Notes under the pieces: model-generated
Told to the model about the DNA's origin: nothing
The model's database searches: none
Seen by the model: only the letters and a program-made list of their open reading frames with translations
Made by a program: the position numbers and the translations under genes
Shown here: piece by piece, positions 41,296 to 53,095 of the stretch
How positions within the stretch are numbered: position 1 is the stretch's first letter
Layout: each line of letters opens with the position of its first letter
Assembly (NCBI GenBank): GCA_009859145.1
Contig: VRVR01000050.1
Coordinates: 173,448-237,447, forward strand
From: Andalucia godoyi And28
Lineage: Eukaryota > Protista > Jakobida
Reading direction: 5' to 3'
DNA: 64,000 nt

Positions 41296-44171
41296 GGAGG
41301 GGGACCAAGTGGGAGTGCGGGCGCCGACGGAGTCGTCTGCTTCTGTACGCTCAAAACAGGAGGTGGAGGAACCGGTCTCGTAGCACTGGTGGACCGAGAG
41401 CGATTCTCAAACACTTCTGCCTGCGTGGCGGCACTCGGGTCAGGTTTCGCGTACGGGTTGGACGGGGACAGATGCTGCTGGAGACTGGCTGCTGCGGGGG
41501 CAGTCGCAACTGAAGCCTCGGCTGGAGCGTTTTGCTTGCTGGACTGCGGATGTGGCGCCGCACTTGGCTGAGAAGGCATAGGAGGCGCAGAAGGAGATGT
41601 ACAGGGGGCTGACGAGCCGAGTTGCGTTTGGGGCGGCGGAACAGCCGGCGGCGACTGGCTGACCACTGGTTTTGCATAAGGATTCGAAGCGGACAAATTG
41701 CTCAGTGCTGGCGCACTTGGTGGCTGACCAGCGCCCGAGTCATAAGAGCCATGGACTGGCTGGTTATGCTGTCCATACTGCTGTTGACTGGGCGATTGCG
41801 GGTGCTGTTGGCCTGGTGCTTGTTGCTGCGGCTGCTGTTGCTGCGGCTTGTTACCGCGAACGCGACCCATGACGGAATTAAGTGCATTCTTTGCCGATGC
41901 AACCGATTTGTTGTAACTGGCGACAACGGACTGTTTGGTATTTGAAATTTTTTGCTGCATCTGTAGTCCCATTGTGGCAACTCGCTCTTTTAGAGCAGCA
42001 GATTGCGTAGGCGACTGGAAATTGAAAGTTATGACGTCAGATGTCAGCAAAGGTGGTTGATAAACGGACAGGCGGAAGTCTGTAAACGGACGAGTGTTCG
42101 GAGGATTTGCCGCCCGGAATTTCTGCAAACGCCGAGACTGAGAATAGTCCGAGTACGCAATGATTGTGGACAGGAACGCAATGATGCCAATAGCCAGTGT
42201 CGTGTACTGGACCCCAAGATAACCGTTATCGCTCTCGGTCGTCTGACGATACTGGCCCTGGTAGGCAAGAATAGTAAGCGCCGCGCGCAAGACGACGGCA
42301 GCAGAGACAAAATGGATTGAGCCACGGGCACAATGATCCGAGAACATAGGAGGTCGCATGTACAATCGAAGAAGATTGAATTTGTCAACAAAATAGCTGA
42401 TGGCGGCAGAAAAGAAGCAAGGGATGAAGACAAACGGAATAATGGAGCCAAAGGCCATGCAAATCAGGAAGGTCTTGATAACGTACGCATATCTTTCCGA
42501 CAGAGAATACTGCGGATACTCCGCAGCCAATTCAAGATCTTTTTGAAAATGGGCCATGGACATTTTCACACGACGGAGAATATGAAATGCAGGATACCAC
42601 AGAATTTCCAAGACAATGTCTCCTACAGCCTCGAGAAGCACAATAAGAGAAATCGTCGCCGCCGCGTCCTTGTAGAACGTTGATTTTGAAGGCGAGTGAA
42701 TGGCCAAGATCACACCAACAGAGTTGATGCATTGCGCAAAGACCGTCTTCCAAAGAAGCGTTCGTTGACGAAGGGACTTGAAATGATGCATTTCGAACTT
42801 GGACAGCATTTCCAAAACTTCTTTCAAAATGCGGTTCGTAACAAAAACAGCAATCGAGGACAGGACGTCGAGTCCAACATTGTTCGTACTTGTCTGGGCC
42901 GACTGCAGACCGTAAACAATTGCAAAGGAAATTAAAATAATTACAATTGAAATGAAAGCAGACGCGAGGAATCTCCAGAAGCGGGAAGCGCTCGAGACAG
43001 CCAAGTTTTCCCACACCACGTCGGAAGGTTCAGCAGGGATAGAGCACTTGACATACTTGTTCTGGAATTTGCGATGTGCTGTATTGGGGGCCAAATACGA
43101 AAGCGCGACGGCATGATTCAGGTCGGCGAGACAGGCGTCTCGTTGCTGCTCAGTCAGGAAGGTCACAAATGCTTGGCCGGTGCACTTGTACTTCTTCTGC
43201 TTCAACACGGCAATCTTCCGCCGCACCGACGACAGCTCCAACTCGTACTCGCACTGACCCTTCCACGTGCAGGGAACCATTTTTCCTTTTTGCTTAGCAG
43301 CTTCAAATCGATAAATCTGCATCTTGATCGCCTTTTCCTTTTCAATTTTCTCGCAAAGTGCAGAAAAGTTCAAAGAGATGGCAACCGTGACAACCTGACC
43401 GTACCGCGAGAAGAAGGATGCCAAGTCGACGGGATCCGTTGCAGTTGGCGGCAGGTTGGTAACGTGAACAGAATAGTCCGCAGTAGTGATTGCAGAGACA
43501 TCAATCTTCATCGCTGACATTTGCTGACGCTCACGATACCACAGCATCACGCAGAAGAACAGCACCGCGGAGCCCAAGTCTGCGACCGAAAGCCAGAGAG
43601 GCGGTCGCTCCGCTCCCAGGTTCCCCATGGAGAACTTTCCAAAGATGCTTTCTGTGGACATTGCTGTTCCTTTGGAGAAGATGACAATTGCTGGGATGGC
43701 AAGGACAAAGAAAAGCAACAGGATCCATGCAATAGCCTTGCAAAACCGTAAGAACAAGCCAATGCCCACTCCCAAGAACGACAAGTTCCGCGAAAACCCC
43801 CAATATCTCCATTCCTTCACTTTCATGTTCGCGTGATTTGCACTCTCCACAAACCGCATGCAATCCGCTTTGAATACTGCCACGCGTTTATTGCAGTTCA
43901 GATCAAACTCCGGCTCCGCAGTGTACGCAACCTGTGCAACCGACGGGTTTTCCTGAAGCGCCAAGTTCTCCGAAAGGTACGTAGGGGGCTGCAGCGTAGT
44001 CGAGGAGCGGTCATAGCAGTCCACATACACGCCATTTGCGCTGACCGACCCACTCTCCGCCGCATTGTCCACTGTCAGCATGTCGTTCGCATCCGATGCA
44101 GGAGACCTCGCTTCCTCTGATCTGCCTGCTGTCAATGTCCCATAATCCTGAGACGGAGAGGATGGAAGCAT
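41130..44171 (-). CDS. OSCA/TMEM63 (CSC1)-like cation channel with a long Pro/Ser/Gln-rich tail
   Basis: TADYSVHVTNLP, AFVTF, PAEPSDVVWENL, multiple TM helices, YFVDKFNLLRLY; ATG at 44171. Confidence 0.8.
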
Positions 44172-44189
44172 CTCTGAAGCGCGCAAATA

Positions 44190-44311
44190 CCCAAATCCAA
44201 ATCCAAATCCAAATCCAAATCCAAATCCAAATCCAAATCCAAATCCAAATCAAAATCCATAATCCAAATCCACAATCAAAATCCATAATCCAAATCCAAA
44301 TCAAAATCAAA
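44190..44311 (+). repeat. (CCAAAT)n degenerate hexamer microsatellite
   Basis: About 20 units with variants CAAAAT, CATAAT, CACAAT, directly upstream of the OSCA start. Confidence 0.9.
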
Positions 44312-44670
44312 AATGAGACACACAGCAGTAATACAAAAGACACATATTGTTGTATTAGCTACTTTTCTTGGGCACTGTCATCAGGACATGTCACTCTGAT
44401 GGGGATCGAATCCCTTTTCAAGACTCAAAGCCTCAAGGCCTCTTCTTGTGCTCAACAGCAGATTTGCAATGTGCTTGTCACTCTTGAGAATCAACTTTGA
44501 AAAAGCTCGTGTCTTGCATACGAATTTTCCTTGAAATAGGAGAACGTCGTCATTCCCCCTCAAGGTTTCCAGATCTTTCTTTCTTTTTCTTCTTTCTTCA
44601 TTTTTATCGACAACAAGCTTCATCACTCTGGCGATCGATCGAATCCAAACCTCCGATTGATCAAAAGCAG

Positions 44671-44671
44671 C

Positions 44672-44734
<63 letters not shown>

Positions 44735-44735
44735 T
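44671..44735 (+). repeat. (CAACAG)n microsatellite in the actin 5' leader
   Basis: About 10 direct tandem units. Confidence 0.9.
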
Positions 44736-44748
44736 AGCAACAACGAGA

Positions 44749-45870
44749 ATGTCAACGGACGTCACAGCGCTTGTGATCGACAATGGGTCTGGAATGACCA
44801 AGGCTGGCTTTGCGGGCGACGACGCGCCTCGTGCTGCGGTTCCGGCGATTGTAGGCCGTCCGCGCTTCCAGAATGCAATGCTTGGAACGGGACAGAAAAA
44901 GCTCTATGTCGGGGAAGAGGCGCAGGCCAAGCGAGGAATCTTGTCAATGACCTATCCCATTGCGCACGGAATCGTCACAAACTGGGACGACATGTGCTCT
45001 GTGTGGCACCACGTGTTCTACAACGAACTTCGTGTGGATCCTTCCGAGCACCCAATCATGCTTACCGAAGCGCCTTTGAATCCAAAGATCAATCGCGAGA
45101 AGATGACGCAAATCATGTTCGAAACATTCAATGCCCCAAAGTTCTACGTCGCAATTCAAGCAGTGTTAGCCCTCTACTCTGCAGGTCGCACAACGGGTGT
45201 GGTGTTCGATGCCGGAGACGGAGTGTCGCACACGGTTCCGATCTACGAAGGGTTTGCGCTGCCGCATGCAGTCCAGCGCATCAATCTTGCAGGCCGTGAT
45301 CTCACCTACCAGCTGCAGCGCTTGCTGACAGAAAGCGGAATATCACTGACAAACTCTGCCGAGCTGGAGATCGTGCGTGACATCAAGGAAAAACTGTGTT
45401 ATGCTGCCATCGACTACGACGCCGAAATGCAGCGCCCGATCAGCGAGATTGAGAAACAGTACGATCTTCCGGACGGCACGAAAATCACTGTAGGAACGGA
45501 GCGCTTCCGCTGTGCAGAGACGCTGTTCCAGCCGCAGTTTATGGGTCTTGAGCCGCCGGGTGTCCACGAAGCACTGCACAACTCGATCCAGATCTGCGAC
45601 ATCGACATCCGTCGCGATCTGTACTCGAACATTGTCCTGTCCGGTGGCACAACCATGATCAGGGGATTCGCGGACCGCATGCACAAGGAAATGGCTCGCC
45701 TGGCACCGCCGGCCGTGCACACCAAAGTCATCGCGCCGGATGAACGCAAGTTTGCAGTGTGGATCGGTGGCTCCATTCTTGCGTCTCTTCAGACATTCGA
45801 ATCCATGTGGATCACTCGCCAGGAGTACGAAGAAGTCGGTCCGCAGATCGTTCATCGGCGCTGCATTTAA
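44749..45870 (+). CDS. ACT: Actin, divergent isoform
   Basis: 373 aa; [70 protein letters not shown]. Confidence 0.92.
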   Translation: MSTDVTALVIDNGSGMTKAGFAGDDAPRAAVPAIVGRPRFQNAMLGTGQKKLYVGEEAQAKRGILSMTYPIAHGIVTNWDDMCSVWHHVFYNELRVDPSEHPIMLTEAPLNPKINREKMTQIMFETFNAPKFYVAIQAVLALYSAGRTTGVVFDAGDGVSHTVPIYEGFALPHAVQRINLAGRDLTYQLQRLLTESGISLTNSAELEIVRDIKEKLCYAAIDYDAEMQRPISEIEKQYDLPDGTKITVGTERFRCAETLFQPQFMGLEPPGVHEALHNSIQICDIDIRRDLYSNIVLSGGTTMIRGFADRMHKEMARLAPPAVHTKVIAPDERKFAVWIGGSILASLQTFESMWITRQEYEEVGPQIVHRRCI

Positions 45871-46088
45871 CGATCCAGCTGGCCTTTTCCACATCTCCGC
45901 CTTCGTCGGGAACTCGGATATTTTTGTTGTTGTTGTCTCTCTCTCTTTTTTTTGTTTGTCTGTGTCAGCGTCTGTGCCTCTGCGTGCGTGTGTGCGCGCA
46001 TGTGTGATTGCATTTTGCGCATCTTTTCATCCAGCAAGGCGATATTTGTGAGAGTAAATGCACTTTGGACAAACCGTCATCCTCCCTG

Positions 46089-46568
46089 CTAGTTCTTCAT
46101 GGGTCTCTGTTCCGGAACAGAATCCCATGTCGGCAACATTCGTCTGCGCACCACTCTCGTTGCCGTCGCCATTTCCTGCAACTTTGCACACACATTTTCA
46201 AAGAGGCTCAGTGCCTCTGCAAGCCTCAGGTACTGGGAGCGGACGCCCGTTTTTGGCTTGCACACCAGTACAGAGTCGACTGCATCAAACCAGAAATTGC
46301 CAATGGGAAATGCCATCCGCAGTTCATGCTCGATTGCTCGATAGTCGTATCCAGCTTCCTCCAAGCACGCATCCACCATTGCAGAGAGCATCACGCGAAA
46401 TTCCCAGTCTGGAAGCACAAAGTAAAACAGCCCTTCAAACGCATCGCAAGAATGCCAAAAGCTCAGACGCTGGCCATGCAATGTATCCTCGAGAATCTCA
46501 CACACCTGCCCATCCTCGAAGTTTGCACGCAACTCTTGCAAATCCCATTCTATTTTCGGAACCTCCAT
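46089..46568 (-). CDS. Hypothetical protein (159 aa)
   Basis: ATG follows a (GA)n tract, as for other genes here; globular composition; no family recognised. Confidence 0.55.
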   Translation of the reverse strand: MEVPKIEWDLQELRANFEDGQVCEILEDTLHGQRLSFWHSCDAFEGLFYFVLPDWEFRVMLSAMVDACLEEAGYDYRAIEHELRMAFPIGNFWFDAVDSVLVCKPKTGVRSQYLRLAEALSLFENVCAKLQEMATATRVVRRRMLPTWDSVPEQRPMKN

Positions 46569-46599
<31 letters not shown>

Positions 46600-47039
46600 G
46601 TTGTTTCCCACACGCAGCAGCATGCACAAGAATAATCAGTGCTCTCATGCTGGGTTCCCGACTCGATTAAAAACATGCCCTCTCAATTAAATCTGGTCCA
46701 TGACTCCGCAAGCACCACCCCCTCCTCCCAGCATCACCTCGCAGCATCACAGCGCAAAAAGTCCGGCAGTCCGACGCGGGCTCGTCCCGAATCCTTTCCA
46801 TTTGCAGTTGGTCGAACTTGTACGTTCCACGTTCGGAAATTTCCCGACGTTCTTTCACTCATTCGGGTACCGTACAACCCGACTTCACAAAGAACCGAAA
46901 CACCCCGTCGAAGGGATGCTCCACACACACATACACACACCGCATGTTCAATGTATTTCCCCTTTCCACGCTCTTTGTTATTCTTGAAACCCTGAAAAAT
47001 TGCCCCTCACTGCGATTGCACATCCATTTTCAATAAAAT

Positions 47040-47393
47040 ATGGGAAAGGTGCACAAACGGTTTCTTCGAGGGCACTGCGTATATTCGTGTGCACGCTGTG
47101 GAACGCACTTGACGACCGTCGATTCTGTTGTGTCCAAGTCCTTTCAGGGCCGCACAGGGAAGGCCTTTCTGTTTTCCTCGGTTGTAAATGTCCATTCTGG
47201 CAGAGTTGAAGAAAGAATGCTCATGACGGGTCTTCACTCAGTGTGCGACGTCTACTGCGTGTGCTGCGGTACAATCGTGGGCTGGCTGTATGTCCATGCA
47301 TTTGAAGAGAGCCAGAAGTTCAAGGTCGGAAAATACATTCTGGAAATGGCCCTGGTCTCGGAAGACGCAGGCGGTGGGTCTGACGGAGAGTAA
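47040..47393 (+). CDS. Yippee-like (YPEL) zinc-binding protein
   Basis: YSCARCGTHL, SKSFQGRTGKAFLF, RMLMTGLHSVCDVYCVCCGTIVGWLY, QKFKVGKYILE. Confidence 0.93.
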   Translation: MGKVHKRFLRGHCVYSCARCGTHLTTVDSVVSKSFQGRTGKAFLFSSVVNVHSGRVEERMLMTGLHSVCDVYCVCCGTIVGWLYVHAFEESQKFKVGKYILEMALVSEDAGGGSDGE

Positions 47394-47811
47394 CCGCATC
47401 CAAATCCGCATCTCACTCTCTGTTCGCCTCGTTGTGGCATCTGTTCTGACTTTTTGCCCATAGTGGCATCTGCTCTGAGGGCCCCTTTCAAACTGTTTTT
47501 TTATTTTTATTTTTATTATTTTATTAAATTCAAATTTATTTCCCTTTTCCCTCACTGTCATACTGCGTACTGTGTGGCATCGTGTGCTTTGTTTGCATGT
47601 AAACAGTATCTGTCCCGACTTTCTCTGGATTGTTGATCGTTCACCCGCTGTACAGAATGGGGCATAATAGGGATTTGCTTCTGTGTGCGAGTGCAAGCAA
47701 CTCAAGTGCATACTTGCGTAGGCTTCAACTCCCGTGGAGTGCTCGCGCCAAGACTGCAGACCTCGTGCGCGGGCGATACGAATTTTTGGCGTTTTGGGGA
47801 GCGAGCGAGCG

Positions 47812-47814
47812 AGC

Positions 47815-47900
<86 letters not shown>
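47812..47900 (+). repeat. (GA)n microsatellite
   Basis: About 44 dinucleotide units ending immediately before the dynamin ATG. Confidence 0.95.
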
Positions 47901-47903
<3 letters not shown>

Positions 47904-50108
47904 TCTGTGCGGCGGCTGTTTGTTCGCCTCTCTGCACTGTGCTTTACCCCTCTCATTGGGCTGGCAACTGTAAAGCCGTCTTGTTTATCGGCAGAAGATT
48001 TGAGCGCGCCATCGTCGCTTTTGACGTCCAAATGGGCGCAGATGTCCCAGGCGCTGCGGAAAGTAGACTACGCTCCACCGTCTCCGCCAATGTTGGTCGT
48101 CGTTGGAGACCAGTCTTCGGGAAAGTCCAGTCTTTTGGAATCTCTTGTCGGCGAGCCGTTTCTGCCTACAGGCGATGGAACCGTCACAAAACGCCCGATC
48201 ATGATCACGCTGCAGCCGTCGTCCACAGCAGTATTGACCGCCGTCGCTGCTTCCTCGACTCCGCACAGGCTTTTATCGAATCTGGTAGGAAGCAGTTCCC
48301 CTCCTTCTGCCTTGGACTCTTCGCAGGCGGCAAGTGTTACCTATGCTATTCCGTCGCAGCAAATTATCACGACCGATGCAAGCCTGGTTGCGCGCACACT
48401 TGCCTCACTCAACATGGAATTTGATAAGACCCCCATTGATGTTGTGATTAGCGGTGCTCACTTGCCGTCTCTAATCCTTGTAGATTTGCCGGGGCTTGTG
48501 TCAGTCCCTCGGACTGATCAGCCTCGCGATCTGCGCACGACAATTCGCAGCTTGGTCGGTTCGTTTGCAGCCAATCCGAACGCGATCGTGGTGGCCATTG
48601 TACCTGCTACTTCCGACATTCAGACTTCCGAGGCGTTGCGCTTTGCCCAGCGTCATGACTCGGATGGATCGAGAACGGTAGTTGTGGTCACGAAGACCGA
48701 TCTCGTTCCTCTGGAATCCAGATCAGCGGTTTTGGACAATATTCGATCGCTCCAGGGCGGAAATGGAAGAAGACTGGGCAGGTGCTGGGCAGTTCGATGT
48801 CGCTCTCGCGCAGACGTCGACCAGGGTGTCTCAATGCGTGATGCACGAGCACGTGAGTTGGCACTGTTTCGGGATTGGCAAGTTGGATCCGAGGCGCTGT
48901 TTCCTGCTTGTGCAGTTTCGGGAGAGGTTTCTGAATTTGATGCTGACGGCATTGTAGGATTTGGTCTGCAGTCCCTGGCTCGCGGGCTGTCGAAGATGCT
49001 GGAAGCACGCGTGTCTGTGGCGCTCTCCGACATTGCGGTGTCAATGCGCCATGATCTCCAAAAGCTGCACAAGTATTTAGACGCACATCCTGCTGCTTCT
49101 TTTGGCAGTTCGTCTGGACTGTCCGATGTTCGGGTCGTTCAAAAGGCGATTCTTGTCAAGACTCGAGAAATCATGGGGGAAACGCTCTCTCCGCAGGTTT
49201 TCCTTGATTTGAAAGACGGCTTGTTGCGCGGCATCACCGCTTCTTTGCTGCGTGGCTGCGAACAGTACACTCTAGGGAGGCCTGGGTCCGGCGTCAACGA
49301 CAAACTCAATGTGAAGGTGGGAGAGGAGCAGGAAGATACCCAAAAAAATGCAAATAATGCACATCGACCTCGCACCGCCTCTCCAGTGAATGGTGATGCA
49401 GATTTCGAAGTTTGGAAGGCGCAAGTCCGCAGGATCTTTGCGTTTGTTGGAAATCACACTGTCCAAGCTGCATTGTCAGAGTCCTTGAGCAGTCTGCGCA
49501 GCGCATTTTTGGAGGCGACGGCAACCCGCAAAGACGATTTTCCGCAACTCACTTCCCTCTGTCGCCGGATTCTGATGGCGCATCTCGACGTAGAAGCAGA
49601 GAAGTTGGCCGCGAAGCTGCAGGACCTTGTGAGGCTGGAGCAAAATGTCACCATTCAGCGGGACACTCTTGCATCGAATCTGTTCCGTTTCAAAACTGCA
49701 AAAGAAGATCAGATCAAGTTGCTCAAGCAAGAGGCAGAAGCTGCGTCAACGAAGGAGGAACGAGCAGCATTCCTTGCTCAGCTCGGAGTCGCCAAGGCCG
49801 TGGCTGCTGCCAAGAATGTAGATCAGTATTCCAATCTGTACACAATGGGGCACTTGCTTGGTGTTTCAGAACGAGTGGCTGCCAACGTCTTCAATGCAGT
49901 CTGTGTCGACCTCTTGGAGGATTTGCGGGAGTCTGTTTGCGACATGGTCCTAGTCGAAGCGGCTGCGATGCCTCTGGATGAACGCCGCAAACTCGTTGAA
50001 GAGCGCCCAGAAGTTTTAGATCAACGCAGACGCTTTGCAGATCGAGCGCTGGTCATGCGCCAAGTTCTTGAAGAGCTTGAACGCCTCGCTCGATCCGCCG
50101 CTTCGTAA
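47901..50108 (+). CDS. Dynamin-related GTPase with a mitochondrial-presequence-like N-terminus
   Basis: G1 GDQSSGKS, G2 VTKRP, G3 DLPG, G4 TKTD; start MSVRRLFVRLSAL; helical stalk; no PH or PRD domain. Confidence 0.88.
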
Positions 50109-50346
50109 CGAACCAGCCATTTTTGAAGTGAAAGTTTCGGGAGAAACAACAACAACAACAGCAACAAACAAAAAGAAAAACAAAGAAACAAACAAAAAAC
50201 CACATGCTACATTAAGTCGACAACAACACCAGCCCTTTGTGACTATGTTTGTTTTCCTATCCATACGACGTCGGAACAATCGTGTCACTTTACAACTTAA
50301 AAAGAAGAAATGTATGTACATGGGCAGTCCAGGATGGGCGACGTAG

Positions 50347-50772
50347 CTATCTGTGCTTCGGACGCTTCGGTGCACGTTGCTCTGGAGATGCGAGTTCCGC
50401 GGACCCACCACCACCACCACTACCACTACCAGGAACAGCAGGGGCAACAACGATCTTCTTTTCTTTTGTGGCCTTAATTTTTGCAGCATACTGCCTTACG
50501 TTCCCAATGTCTGCCATCACTTGATCAACGGGTTCATCCTCCAACCTTTTCTGGATAAATCGCAATCCACTGACTGCAAATGCAAACGTAAATGCAAGCT
50601 CTGCTCGGTCGATGGGGTCCGACACATCCTTGATAATCTCCGGCCATGTTTGCTCATTGACACGCCCAAACAACGTCTCCAACACGGATACCGAATCAGA
50701 AATCTGCTTCAGATCCTCCAACGCTGTTGTCATTTCCACACCAAGTCCTGCAACGCTAGCAGTAGCAACCAT
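50347..50772 (-). CDS. C1D: C1D/Rrp47 (Sas10/Utp3/C1D family) exosome cofactor
   Basis: DPIDRAELAFTFAFAVSGLRFIQKRL...DIGNVRQYAAKIK with a basic C-terminal tail; alternative ATG at 50733. Confidence 0.7.
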   Translation of the reverse strand: MVATASVAGLGVEMTTALEDLKQISDSVSVLETLFGRVNEQTWPEIIKDVSDPIDRAELAFTFAFAVSGLRFIQKRLEDEPVDQVMADIGNVRQYAAKIKATKEKKIVVAPAVPGSGSGGGGGSAELASPEQRAPKRPKHR

Positions 50773-50896
50773 AACAGTAGCAGTACAAAGACGAATAATA
50801 ATAATAACAATAATGACAAATAAATAAAAGGAGACGCATAGCAAATCACCGATCAACGAAAACGATCCGCGGAAAAAAAAGGGGCCTGTGAGCCGT

Positions 50897-51598
50897 CTAC
50901 GACGGGCGAATTTTCAAGAGGGATCGCAGAGGAGCGCACCAGCACGGCTCGGAGTGAGGGGCGGCGACTTCCAACTTTTCCGCGACTCGGTCCAGCTTTC
51001 TGCTAGCAACAGCGTCGTGCAGTCCTGGAAAAAGCGAGTCAGCATCCAGTCCCTTGAGGCACTTCGCCAGCAGCGCGCAGTGCGGCAATCCGCAGTCGAA
51101 GAGAACTTGGAGAGCGCTTTCGTACTGCTCGGACGCACACAGCGCAGTGACCAAGAGCTCGGCCACAGAGTCGGTCACCTTTCCCCTGTCTAAATCACGA
51201 GTCAGCGACGAAAGCACTGCGATTCCCTTGGATGGCTCGCCGAGGTTTCGAATGCACACCGCCGCAAGCGACTGCAGAGTCGACCGTAGATGGCTCGGAT
51301 ACGGCCGTTCGAACGAGTGAATGCGTGCCTCGCATTTTTGGGCCACAATCGCGTACTGGCCATGTGCATACAGCAAATCAATCTCCATCGAGAGCCGCTT
51401 GTGCGCTGGAATGTCCAAGGCGCTCCATGACTCGTATCCATCTGCCGTATCCAAAACGCACAATGCCACACGGTTCGACGGGGCAGAAGCAACAGTCCTT
51501 CCAGTCGCAGTCCCGGCGTTCATGTCCGCCGGTCCCACGAACTCCGCAACATCACAAAAGAAATCGGACCCATCAAAGCTGCTGCAAGACATTTCCAT
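50897..51598 (-). CDS. Hypothetical helical (TPR-like) protein
   Basis: 233-aa ORF from ATG 51598; LYAHGQYAIVAQKC and ALCASEQYESALQVL look TPR-like. Confidence 0.6.
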   Translation of the reverse strand: MEMSCSSFDGSDFFCDVAEFVGPADMNAGTATGRTVASAPSNRVALCVLDTADGYESWSALDIPAHKRLSMEIDLLYAHGQYAIVAQKCEARIHSFERPYPSHLRSTLQSLAAVCIRNLGEPSKGIAVLSSLTRDLDRGKVTDSVAELLVTALCASEQYESALQVLFDCGLPHCALLAKCLKGLDADSLFPGLHDAVASRKLDRVAEKLEVAAPHSEPCWCAPLRSLLKIRPS

Positions 51599-51741
51599 CC
51601 TTACCAGCAAGCTAGTATACGCTGCAACAACGTACAAATGTTTCTCTTTTCGGTTTCCAAAAGAAAAAAAATTAAAAGTATCGCCGTCCAACGGATGGTG
51701 CTTTCCTCTACCTTCTACAGTACTTGACCCTCCTTTCCGCG

Positions 51742-51795
51742 GTTTCCGAGTTTTCCGAGTTTTCCGAGTTTTCCGAGTTTTCCGAGTTTTCCGAG
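51742..51795 (+). repeat. 9-bp tandem repeat (TTTTCCGAG) x6 in a divergent promoter
   Basis: Six near-perfect direct units with no spacers. Confidence 0.95.
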
Positions 51796-51881
51796 AATCG
51801 GGTTCTGAGCTCAGACAGCGAGTTCACGACGTTCATGTCTTTCGCTCATCGCTCTCCCTTCACCGTCTTTGTCATCGAGTC

Positions 51882-52979
51882 ATGTTGGCACCAGAGTCAG
51901 TAACGTCCGTTGGACTGAGAATATCGCAGCGTCTTGGGTTTCCGGTCGCTTCTCGCCGATGTTTCTTCTTGTTTTTCGGCGTGCTGCTGGCTGTGCTGTT
52001 CATTTCGGTTCTGCAATCCACAACCACCACCAATTCTCAGTCGCGCAGCCTCAATCTCAGTCGAGCGTTTCCAGCGCAAGCGTCGCTCAAAGGTAGAAAA
52101 CACGCATTCTTCACAATGATTTTCTCCGACGAGTATGCAGCCGGTGCTGCAACCTTGGGTCTTTCTCTGCGACGGCTGATTGCGGATGCCAGTCGTCTGC
52201 AAAATTCGTTCGTTTCTTATTCGAAAGCATCCTCGGAACGGAGCTTACCGCCTTGCCCGGATTGTTCAATGACGGAGCGAGGACTCATTGAGTATGAAAT
52301 GATGTGCATGGTTACCGGTGACGTCACGGTCGAGGCCAGAACACAGCTCTCTTCTCTCGGCTGGAAAATCGCGGTTGTCGATAACATTGAGAATCCATTC
52401 AAAGACCAAATTGCAGGAATGCTACGGAAGGAGTGGAAAAGTACGTACACAAAGCTTCACATGTGGAAATTCGAAATGTACCAGCACGCTGTGTTTCTGG
52501 ACGCCGATACGATGCTTGTTGGCGGCGGTACCAATTCCAGCAATAATCTGGATGTCCTGTCTCTTTTTTCGTACCCCGAGATTGCAATGGCTTCGGACTG
52601 CTGTGACAAATTCAATTCCGGAGTGATTGTGTTCTCACCGTCCGTCAAGACCTTTGATCGAATGCTGAAGTCTATGACCTCCACAGCTTTCAAGTCTTAT
52701 GATGGCGGTGATCAAGGGTTCCTCAATGAGTTTTTTAAAGGCGAGGTGTTCCGGCTACCGTTTCGATTTAATGCGGAGCAGCGGGTGCTTGTCGCAAATC
52801 CGCATGCTTTCGTTCCTGAAGATTTGCGAATCATCCACTTCACATACGACAAGCCTTGGAGGACACTCGCAGAAAAAGTTCCCCAGGCAGCCCGTCAATT
52901 TCACGACGCGTGGAAAGATCTGTATGCAGAAGTGTCGATCAAGGCGCCCATCTCTGCAGCAAATGTAAACCTGTTATGA
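51882..52979 (+). CDS. Type II membrane glycosyltransferase family 8 (glycogenin-like)
   Basis: N-terminal signal-anchor; YTKLHMW, FLDADT (DxD), FNSGVIVFSPS, GGDQGFLN, IIHFTYDKPW. Confidence 0.9.
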   Translation: MLAPESVTSVGLRISQRLGFPVASRRCFFLFFGVLLAVLFISVLQSTTTTNSQSRSLNLSRAFPAQASLKGRKHAFFTMIFSDEYAAGAATLGLSLRRLIADASRLQNSFVSYSKASSERSLPPCPDCSMTERGLIEYEMMCMVTGDVTVEARTQLSSLGWKIAVVDNIENPFKDQIAGMLRKEWKSTYTKLHMWKFEMYQHAVFLDADTMLVGGGTNSSNNLDVLSLFSYPEIAMASDCCDKFNSGVIVFSPSVKTFDRMLKSMTSTAFKSYDGGDQGFLNEFFKGEVFRLPFRFNAEQRVLVANPHAFVPEDLRIIHFTYDKPWRTLAEKVPQAARQFHDAWKDLYAEVSIKAPISAANVNLL

Positions 52980-53095
52980 CGATGATTGAGAAAAGTTTAT
53001 CGAATGGCTATTTTCCCCAGCTCTTGTTTCCCTTCCCCTCTGGTTTCTTTTCTTCTCTTTTTTCCTCTTCCACTTCCACTTCCTCTTCCACCTTT

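Noticed and set aside
44497-44748. Long N-terminal extensions on the actin, dynamin (47685), GT8 (51321) and Nup133-like (59397) ORFs
   Set aside because: They are translations of microsatellites and A/T-rich leaders or of the neighbouring antisense gene; homology starts at later ATGs.
46700-46987. Pro-rich ORF upstream of the Yippee-like gene as an extra exon
   Set aside because: The Yippee homology already begins at its typical MG start, and no clear acceptor links the two.
51742-51795. Repeat array as a CRISPR
   Set aside because: 9-bp units with no spacers, no cas genes, eukaryotic context.
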